This document shows, in pieces, positions 57,808 to 64,000 of a stretch of DNA of 64,000 nt. Source of the stretch: a virus (taxonomy: Duplodnaviria > Caudoviricetes); the IMG/VR virus record IMGVR_UViG_3300008107_000043, positions 14,521-78,520 of that record; one strand, 5' to 3'. The first letter of the stretch is position 1. Each line of letters starts with the position of its first letter. The notes below the pieces were generated by a model. It did no database searches. It was not told the origin of the DNA and was given only the letters and a program-made list of their open reading frames with translations. The position numbers were made by a program, and so were the translations under genes.

Positions 57808-59756
57808 AACTGAAAGGATTTCCAGAAGTTCGTTATGTAACTCTAGAAGATGATACTGTAAGACAAGAATTACTTACAAAACAGTTCCAACAATATAATA
57901 TCACTCCAATTCCAATCAAATCCAAAAGATTTGCAGAGGAAAATGATATTATCACAGGAAAGTATGTAGAATCATTATCAGATCCCACAAAAGGATGCAC
58001 TGTCTCACATCTCAAAGCATTTAAAGACTGGTATTACAACACTACAGAAGAATATGGTTTCTTCTGTGAAGATGATTTATCATTAGAAACTGTAGAACAC
58101 TGGAATTTTACTTGGGAGGAGTTTGTTCACAATCTCCCAAAGGACTGGGATGCAGTTCAACTTCTTGCAATTCGCGGTGATTTTAAGAAGGTTTGTTTAA
58201 GAGAAAGATATTGGGATGATTGGGCTATTACTGCATATATTCTCAAAAGAGAGTATGTAAAACAAATCATAGACCATTGTTGCATAGGAGAAACTTATCA
58301 TTTAGAAGTTAAGAACTCTGAAATTATGCCGATTGGTGAGAGTTTATTCTTCACAAATTTTGGAAAAGTTTATACTTGTCCTTTGTTTGTAGAGAATACA
58401 AGAATAAATTCTACAAATCTTAACGATACTGAATTAGAAAACGGACAAAAACCAAATCATCATTTTGCATCAGAATATATCTCAAACTGGTGGAAAGAAA
58501 ATCAAGCAGACATCCAAACACTTATGAACATCCCCAATGATCCCGTAGTTGCATATGCACTCGATACCGAAAATGCTCAACGAAACTATGAATTAGCACA
58601 ATGGTATCACAAACAACAGCAAACAGCATCTGCAATTACTTATTATCTTCGTGCAGCAGATCGTACTGACGACTTATTACTTGCATATGAATGTTTGCTT
58701 CATATGGCTTCTTGCTTTAATACACAAAAGAATCGTAACTATACTGTAAAAGGTTTATATCAACACGCAATTAATCTTTTACCAAAAAGACCCGAAGCAT
58801 ATTTTCTTTATGCAAGATTTGATGAATGGAATAAGATGTATGTTGATGGTTATACCACAGCAAATCTTGGATTAACCTTCTGTGATTTTGATATCGAACC
58901 ACTCTCGACGGTGGATTATCCTGGAAAATATGGATTGATCTTTGAGAAAGCAGTATGTTCTTATTGGTGGGGTAAATCAAAAGAATGTAGAGAACTCTTT
59001 TTAGACCTGAAGAATAATTATGAGTTAGATGAAACTCATTATATTTCTGTTGGTGATAACCTAATGCGTCTTGGATGTTGGGTAGAAGAAAGTATTAAAT
59101 ACGAAAAGAGTAGATATAACCGATTTAAGTTTAAGTTTCCTGGACTGGAGAATATTGAAAAAAGTAATGGACAGTCACTTCAAGATATGTTTATTCTTTC
59201 GATTCTCAATGGAAAGAGAAATGGAACTTACTTGGAGATTGGAGCACAAGAACCAATCTTCCAAAATAATACTGCAATCTTAGAACAAAACTATAATTGG
59301 AAAGGAGTATCTGTTGAAATTCGTAAAGATCTTTGTAAGATGTTTGCACAACAAAGAAAAAACACAATCTTATGTAAAGATGCCACAACGATTGATTATG
59401 AAAAATTACTAAATGAACATTATGATACTACAGAGATTGATTATTTGCAATTAGATTGTGAGCCATCTAAAACTACATTTGAAATCTTGTTGGATATTCC
59501 TTTTCATAAGTATAAGTTTGCTGTGATTACTTATGAACACGATCATTATGTGGATATGACTGGAACTTATCGGACTAAATCCAGAAACTATTTAAAGATG
59601 ATGGGTTATGAGTTAGTTGTCGCAAATGTTTCTCAAAATGAAAATTCACCTTTTGAAGATTGGTGGGTGCATCCAGATTTGGTAGATAAAGAAACGATAG
59701 AAAAATTTAAAAATATTGCAGATGTTACTGATATAAGAACTTATTTTTACTCATAG
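57804..59756 (+). CDS. GT25-like glycosyltransferase-TPR-FkbM-like methyltransferase fusion
   Basis: GCTVSHLKA...FCEDD...LPKDWDAVQL (GT25); A..LLPKRPEAY TPR; QD.FI...GTYLEIGA...NNT..LE..Y.WKG.SVE...IDYLQLD.E (FkbM-like). Confidence 0.8.
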   Translation: MKLKGFPEVRYVTLEDDTVRQELLTKQFQQYNITPIPIKSKRFAEENDIITGKYVESLSDPTKGCTVSHLKAFKDWYYNTTEEYGFFCEDDLSLETVEHWNFTWEEFVHNLPKDWDAVQLLAIRGDFKKVCLRERYWDDWAITAYILKREYVKQIIDHCCIGETYHLEVKNSEIMPIGESLFFTNFGKVYTCPLFVENTRINSTNLNDTELENGQKPNHHFASEYISNWWKENQADIQTLMNIPNDPVVAYALDTENAQRNYELAQWYHKQQQTASAITYYLRAADRTDDLLLAYECLLHMASCFNTQKNRNYTVKGLYQHAINLLPKRPEAYFLYARFDEWNKMYVDGYTTANLGLTFCDFDIEPLSTVDYPGKYGLIFEKAVCSYWWGKSKECRELFLDLKNNYELDETHYISVGDNLMRLGCWVEESIKYEKSRYNRFKFKFPGLENIEKSNGQSLQDMFILSILNGKRNGTYLEIGAQEPIFQNNTAILEQNYNWKGVSVEIRKDLCKMFAQQRKNTILCKDATTIDYEKLLNEHYDTTEIDYLQLDCEPSKTTFEILLDIPFHKYKFAVITYEHDHYVDMTGTYRTKSRNYLKMMGYELVVANVSQNENSPFEDWWVHPDLVDKETIEKFKNIADVTDIRTYFYS

Positions 59757-59812
59757 GACACTTTAAAAACTGTCCACTGACCTCCCAAAACCGACTTGGG
59801 AGGTTTTATAGT
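59756..59812 (+). promoter_or_regulatory. Conserved early-promoter element copy 1 (box + hairpin + -10)
   Basis: TTTAAAAACTGTCCACTGACC (59762-59782) identical to 61661-61681; hairpin ACCTCCCAA/TTGGGAGGT; TATAGT at 59807. Confidence 0.7.
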
Positions 59813-59835
59813 AGGTGAAGACACACAAAGACCCT

Positions 59836-59940
59836 ATGCGGTTTTCCAACCTAGACCGATTGATTTTTATTGGTAGTTTTATGGTGCTGATGAACTGGGG
59901 AGTTCGTCTCACTAATGTTACTTTGAATGCACTGTTCTGA
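59836..59940 (+). CDS. Small hydrophobic protein (34 aa)
   Basis: MRFSNLDRLIFIGSFMVLMNWGVRLTNVTLNALF*; first ORF after the promoter, TGATG overlap with next gene. Confidence 0.5.
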   Translation: MRFSNLDRLIFIGSFMVLMNWGVRLTNVTLNALF

Positions 59941-60377
59941 TGCTTACATTATACACCAGTGGATACAATTATAGCAAGCGTCGTTGTAGTCGCATCGTAG
60001 ATTGGTTTATTACCAAACACTTTCCTAGGCATAAACTAGAGATTTCTGTAAACCATCGTGGTTTAAGTCGTGAGAGTGTTTATGGATGGGTATGGGTTTC
60101 TGATTGTGATTATCGTCCTCGTTCATTTGAGATTGAAATACACAATCAGATGACACCAGAGCACTACACCAAGACGCTTCTACACGAACTCTGGCACGTC
60201 TATCAACACGTTAAGGGTGCTCTTAAGGATAAGCACGGTAAACGTCTCTGGAGGGGCATAGACTACACGGAGACGGACTATTCAGAGCAACCCTGGGAAA
60301 TACAAGCACATCAAATGGAAGAAGTACTCTATGAAGAATATCTAGAGTACTTGACAAACTCTCAAAACTCACTATAA
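59940..60377 (+). CDS. HExxH zinc-metallopeptidase-like protein
   Basis: TLLHELWHVYQH...Y..QPWEI.A. Confidence 0.7.
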   Translation: MLTLYTSGYNYSKRRCSRIVDWFITKHFPRHKLEISVNHRGLSRESVYGWVWVSDCDYRPRSFEIEIHNQMTPEHYTKTLLHELWHVYQHVKGALKDKHGKRLWRGIDYTETDYSEQPWEIQAHQMEEVLYEEYLEYLTNSQNSL

Positions 60378-60378
60378 T
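60351..60378 (+). promoter_or_regulatory. Sigma70-type promoter
   Basis: TTGACA (60351-60356), 16 bp, TATAAT (60373-60378). Confidence 0.7.
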
Positions 60379-60402
60379 ACCTTTGTTGAGGTTAAACAAA
60401 CT

Positions 60403-60615
60403 ATGATCTCTATGAAAGCTCAGAAACCTGAATTTATCTGTGTATCTCCAAAGACTTCTGTAGCAAAAGAAGTTTTTGAGACTTATATGCACAAACTTCA
60501 TTCGTGTAAAGTTAAAGAACGTAAGAATGGTCTTGTAAGGTTGGAAAGTATCTCTGGAATGTTCTTCTTCTGGATGAATGAAAGTGATGATCTGAATTGG
60601 AACATTATCAAATGA
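60403..60615 (+). CDS. Small hypothetical protein
   Basis: 70-aa ORF after promoter, GAGG upstream. Confidence 0.65.
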   Translation: MISMKAQKPEFICVSPKTSVAKEVFETYMHKLHSCKVKERKNGLVRLESISGMFFFWMNESDDLNWNIIK

Positions 60616-60803
60616 ACAAACTGATTGCTCTTCTACTTCTATTTCCTACCTCTGCATCAGCACAAGAAGTCTATTCAATTAATGTAAATCGTCTATGTGC
60701 AGAAGTTGTAGGTATTCCTTATGCTTCTGATAATTTTTCTGATGAAGATTGGCAACAATTTAAATCTTGTGTGAATTTTGTAAAAGATTTCCGAGTTAAA
60801 TAG
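60612..60803 (+). CDS. Small protein with signal-peptide-like N-terminus
   Basis: MNKLIALLLLFPTSASAQ; ATGA overlap. Confidence 0.6.
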   Translation: MNKLIALLLLFPTSASAQEVYSINVNRLCAEVVGIPYASDNFSDEDWQQFKSCVNFVKDFRVK

Positions 60804-60823
60804 TAATAGAATAGGAGAACGCT

Positions 60824-60994
60824 ATGGTTGTTTTACTTTCAACAGCCATCATTTCTTGCCAACAAGCACTTGGTATTATTCACCGACTTACAAAAGTCGT
60901 TGGATTAACTGAAACTCAAAAGAGTGAGATAGTTGCAGAGGTTCGCAAAACTATTCCTTTCTGTCCAGTAGTCATTAAGAAAGATGCAAAGTGA
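60824..60994 (+). CDS. Small hypothetical protein (56 aa)
   Basis: AGGAG upstream; MVVLLSTAIISCQQALGIIHRL...CPVVIKKDAK*. Confidence 0.55.
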   Translation: MVVLLSTAIISCQQALGIIHRLTKVVGLTETQKSEIVAEVRKTIPFCPVVIKKDAK

Positions 60995-61157
60995 AACTTA
61001 TGAAGACAAATGGAACAGAGGACTTACTCTGTTTGAGGAAAGTGTTCTAAAACCTGATGTTGAATTGAGACAGTGTGCTCATAATCAACAGTGCTATAAT
61101 GAACTTATGGAGGTTCGTCAGCAAGTTTTAGAACACTTAAAGACATTAAGAAAATGA
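60984..61157 (+). CDS. Small hypothetical protein (57 aa)
   Basis: MQSETYEDKWNRGLTLFEESVLKPDVELRQCAHNQQCYNELM...; ATGA overlap with next gene. Confidence 0.55.
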   Translation: MQSETYEDKWNRGLTLFEESVLKPDVELRQCAHNQQCYNELMEVRQQVLEHLKTLRK

Positions 61158-61399
61158 ATCCTTATTATATTTGGTTTGTCATCTTCTTTTGTATTGGATA
61201 CTTAATCGTAACAGATAGTTCCATAGCGAGGTTATTCATCTTGCTTACCAAACTTGCAGAAGTAGAATACCGCAAATTTAAATGGTGGATGGTTCATAAC
61301 CCGATGAATCCGATTGTGAAGTATTTGATGTGGAGAAGATCTTTACAATTGGCAAAAGAACTTCAAGAAGAACTTGCCAAAAAGCAAGAAAACATCTAA
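61154..61399 (+). CDS. Small membrane protein
   Basis: Hydrophobic N-terminus YYIWFVIFFCIGYLIV. Confidence 0.6.
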   Translation: MNPYYIWFVIFFCIGYLIVTDSSIARLFILLTKLAEVEYRKFKWWMVHNPMNPIVKYLMWRRSLQLAKELQEELAKKQENI

Positions 61400-61427
61400 T
61401 ATAGTATGTGTAGTTGAGGATTTTACT

Positions 61428-61655
61428 ATGTCCCGTACTTACAGAAAGACTGAAGGAATGCACAGTGGTGCATTGAGGTTTCCGCATACCTTCAGTGAGA
61501 TTAAAAAGTTGGATGGACTACTGCACGAAGAAGACTTGGAGGGTCTTCCATTTTCAGGACTAAATCATATTAAGGCAAGGGAACACAATTTGCCTACAAG
61601 TTGGGATGATAAAGTTGTAAGTGCATATTATCAGGAAGATTACAAAGCATCGTAA
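61428..61655 (+). CDS. Small hypothetical protein
   Basis: GAGGA RBS before ATG 61428; MSRTYRK... Confidence 0.6.
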   Translation: MSRTYRKTEGMHSGALRFPHTFSEIKKLDGLLHEEDLEGLPFSGLNHIKAREHNLPTSWDDKVVSAYYQEDYKAS

Positions 61656-61660
61656 TCCAA

Positions 61661-61711
61661 TTTAAAAACTGTCCACTGACCCTTGACTTTTGCAGTTGAG
61701 GGTCTTATAGT
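61661..61711 (+). promoter_or_regulatory. Conserved early-promoter element copy 2
   Basis: Same 21-nt box; TTGACT (61683) 17 bp TATAGT (61706); hairpin GACCCTTGAC/GTTGAGGGTC. Confidence 0.75.
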
Positions 61712-61734
61712 ATCTGTATTGAAACACTTTCATA

Positions 61735-62148
61735 ATGACTTACAACGCAGAAGTTCAATTCAAGTTTGATGGAACATTCACCCCTTCTTATAATTCATCG
61801 TTTCCTGATGATGACTTTATTCCAGAAGAGCATTACCTGATTACTGCACCTGCTGGTGATTTGAACTGCAAACAGTATTTCAAACTGTTTGAGAAGTTTA
61901 TGCTGTGTGTGGGTATGACACCCGCAAGTATTCGTAGTGGTGCTATGTCTTTGGTTTTTAATGATATGGTGCTTGAAGAAGAGCAGCGTAAGATTTGTAA
62001 GGAATACGAACTGACGATGGATGAAGACCTTGAAGAAAAGTTCAAGGAATGGAAAGTGCGTGATGAAGAGATTGCACGACTGCGGAAAGGTCCAATGGGA
62101 ACTGTACTGACTGAAGAAGAACTCACTAATCTTGAGGAAGGGAATTGA
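61735..62148 (+). CDS. Hypothetical protein
   Basis: 137-aa ORF after promoter element. Confidence 0.7.
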   Translation: MTYNAEVQFKFDGTFTPSYNSSFPDDDFIPEEHYLITAPAGDLNCKQYFKLFEKFMLCVGMTPASIRSGAMSLVFNDMVLEEEQRKICKEYELTMDEDLEEKFKEWKVRDEEIARLRKGPMGTVLTEEELTNLEEGN

Positions 62149-62390
62149 AACTTATTCAATTTGGTGTAAGAGAAGACTATGGAAAGGAATATTGTCTTGC
62201 ACTTCTTAAGATGAAACATTATTCACTTCTTCAGGTAGAAGTTGATATTGGTGAATATGGTGATTGGTTTGAATTGCCTTATCTACAAATCAATATGGGA
62301 TATGGTAGATTGTTTTCATTTCTATTCTCTATTGGTAGGTTTGGTTTTACTTTTGATATTATTGGTAGAAACTGGAGAGATGAAGAATGA
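62145..62390 (+). CDS. Hypothetical protein
   Basis: TTG start overlapping previous stop, GAGGAAGG upstream. Confidence 0.55.
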   Translation: MKLIQFGVREDYGKEYCLALLKMKHYSLLQVEVDIGEYGDWFELPYLQINMGYGRLFSFLFSIGRFGFTFDIIGRNWRDEE

Positions 62391-62806
62391 CTGAACCACT
62401 TAACGCAAAAGTATCTGAACAAGATTTTAATAAGATCGTGAATCTTATGAATAACCAAGAACCTTATCCCGATGCTATGTTTGAGGAAGCAGAACGTCGT
62501 GAAGCAGCAAACAGAGAACTTGCAAAAGAAGAATGGAAACGTAAAGAACGTAGTGATACTGTATTAGCACGATATAATGCTTTCTACAATGAAGAGTGTT
62601 CTGGTATGCCTCACGGGACACCAATCACACCAGAACATATGCAGGCAATCACACTTGAATGTATGGTTGAATCTCTCATTTGTGAAAATCTAAATGTGGA
62701 GTATAATGTGATTGCGATTAATGACATCAACGATTTGATTGCACGATTGTATCAACAGAGTGATGAGTATCTTGAACGAGTGAAAAAGAATAATGAAACT
62801 CTGTAA
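62387..62806 (+). CDS. Hypothetical protein
   Basis: ATGA-coupled 139-aa ORF. Confidence 0.65.
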   Translation: MTEPLNAKVSEQDFNKIVNLMNNQEPYPDAMFEEAERREAANRELAKEEWKRKERSDTVLARYNAFYNEECSGMPHGTPITPEHMQAITLECMVESLICENLNVEYNVIAINDINDLIARLYQQSDEYLERVKKNNETL

Positions 62807-63008
62807 AGATTGCAAGTATTATCGTAAGGATTGGTTCTCTCATCTATTTGGAATGGGACACCGACACGATACTTGTGTATCACCAAATACTTCTCATAAC
62901 CTTGTGACTGGTAATGAGAGCAGGTTCTGTGATATGCTCCGTGCTAAATGTTGGGAATCACTTGATTACTCTTGTGGACCTGATGGTAAGTTCTGGGAGG
63001 CAAAATGA
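62793..63008 (+). CDS. Small cysteine-rich protein
   Basis: CKDCKYY...C...C...CGPDGKFWE. Confidence 0.65.
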   Translation: MKLCKDCKYYRKDWFSHLFGMGHRHDTCVSPNTSHNLVTGNESRFCDMLRAKCWESLDYSCGPDGKFWEAK

Positions 63009-63190
63009 GTAGATTTACTGAAAATCCAGACGAAATCGTGCTGGAAGAGGTGAAGTTATTTCATCTGGAAAGTATGAATGAACGAGCACTGTGGATTGGT
63101 GTTTATGGACAAGATGGTAAAATTTATCATTTGAATATTTCTGCTGATGGTGATAAACTGAGATACTACTGGAGTGATGAAACGCCGTGA
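63005..63190 (+). CDS. Small hypothetical protein
   Basis: ATGA-coupled; FHLESMNERALWIGVY. Confidence 0.6.
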   Translation: MSRFTENPDEIVLEEVKLFHLESMNERALWIGVYGQDGKIYHLNISADGDKLRYYWSDETP

Positions 63191-63528
63191 GGTTTGAAGA
63201 ACCAACAAGATGGGAACTATTCTTAGATGGATGGAATACAATTCTTTCCGCCATTGATTTTAGATTAGATTATACCGATAACATTGATAGGTGTGCATTC
63301 TTCGAAGAGATCAGCTTAGGATGGTATCAAATGTACATCTATCCTTATGATGATTGGTATGTGCCTATTATCAGCAAAGAGCGTAGGTTACGATTAGCAC
63401 AAGAGCCAGAGAAAATCTATCTATCAGCAGAAGCATTTGATCATTTAGTAGAAAGACTCAACAATCCACCACCACCAACACCAGAGTTTATCGCATTGAT
63501 GAATCGTAAAGCACCTTGGGATGAATAA
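63187..63528 (+). CDS. Hypothetical protein with DUF1778/TacA-like C-terminal segment
   Basis: GTGA overlap; ends IYLSAEAFDHLVERLNNPPPPTPEFIALMNRKAPWDE. Confidence 0.55.
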   Translation: MRFEEPTRWELFLDGWNTILSAIDFRLDYTDNIDRCAFFEEISLGWYQMYIYPYDDWYVPIISKERRLRLAQEPEKIYLSAEAFDHLVERLNNPPPPTPEFIALMNRKAPWDE

Positions 63529-63537
63529 ACTACTGAA

Positions 63538-63708
63538 ATGATTGACCACTACGAAATCCGATACACTTACAAACGAGCAGACATAAACGAAAAGTATCGC
63601 ACACAAAAACACGATACGATGAGAATGGCACTTGCTGCTGCTCATTTTCTTGATGCCAAAGGAGATTATGAAATCCTTCACATCATTCCTGTTGAAAAAA
63701 ACACTTGA
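63538..63708 (+). CDS. Small hypothetical protein (56 aa)
   Basis: MIDHYEIRYTYKRADINEKY...HIIPVEKNT*, fills the gap before the next promoter. Confidence 0.5.
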   Translation: MIDHYEIRYTYKRADINEKYRTQKHDTMRMALAAAHFLDAKGDYEILHIIPVEKNT

Positions 63709-63755
63709 AGAACTGGCACAGGGCATCTCCACAGGTGCCCTTTTTGCCTTATAAT
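63701..63755 (+). promoter_or_regulatory. Conserved early-promoter element copy 3 (variant)
   Basis: AACTGGCACA at 63711, hairpin AGGGCATCT/AGGTGCCCT, TATAAT at 63750; same 39-nt box-to--10 offset as copies 1 and 2. Confidence 0.65.
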
Positions 63756-63777
63756 GACTTCATAAGCAACCAAACCG

Positions 63778-64000
63778 ATGGACTACGAAACTGAAATCAT
63801 AGATGGGCACAAAGCAGTTGTCCGTCATTTCTTCAAACCACACGAAATCCAAGTTGGTTCTCGTTGGGCACGGGCAGATGGTTCCAAAGGTTATGTGACC
63901 GTTGAGGGTTTCAATTCTTTTGGAGAAACAGACCCTTGGTATGAAGTTGTGTATTCTTGGGAAGAAAATGGTGTGAAGAAAATCTGGCAAAAAGAAAATT
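63778..64000 (+). CDS. Hypothetical protein, 3' end outside the window
   Basis: MDYETEIIDGHKAVVRHFFKPHEIQVGSRW... open to the window end. Confidence 0.6.
   Translation, partial: MDYETEIIDGHKAVVRHFFKPHEIQVGSRWARADGSKGYVTVEGFNSFGETDPWYEVVYSWEENGVKKIWQKEN

Noticed and set aside
63760-63990. Minus-strand 76-aa ORF
   Set aside because: A + strand ORF from 63778 lies directly behind a promoter element and matches the orientation of the region.

Overview
64-kb, AT-rich segment of a large T4-like myovirus, almost certainly a cyanophage (cp12 gene, T4-type TAAATA late promoters, cyanophage-type baseplate genes). Nearly all genes are on the + strand. Layout: (1) 1-13.9 kb tail/baseplate module (two lysozyme-domain tail proteins, hub protein, cp12, gp5 N-terminal part, PA14 protein); (2) 13.9-15.7 kb insert with small ORFs, tRNA-Leu(TAA), tRNA-Thr(TGT) and a Mom-like DNA-modification gene; (3) 15.8-59.8 kb tail-fibre/adhesin island interleaved with glycosyltransferases, a sulfotransferase, methyltransferases and four 2OG-Fe(II) oxygenase-like genes; (4) from 59.8 kb small early-type ORFs behind a conserved promoter element. 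The strongest candidate for an undescribed system is a probable virion protein ending in four tandem 125-aa Hint (intein-like) domains separated by poly-proline tracts, facing a prolyl-hydroxylase-like gene with its own late-promoter motif. Also notable: three RCC1 propeller genes with constant frameworks, variable loops and signs of inter-gene sequence exchange; a proline-free collagen fibre gene frameshifted inside its repeats; and lectin-gene remnants marking cassette swaps. All product calls come from motif recognition by eye; no database searches were run.
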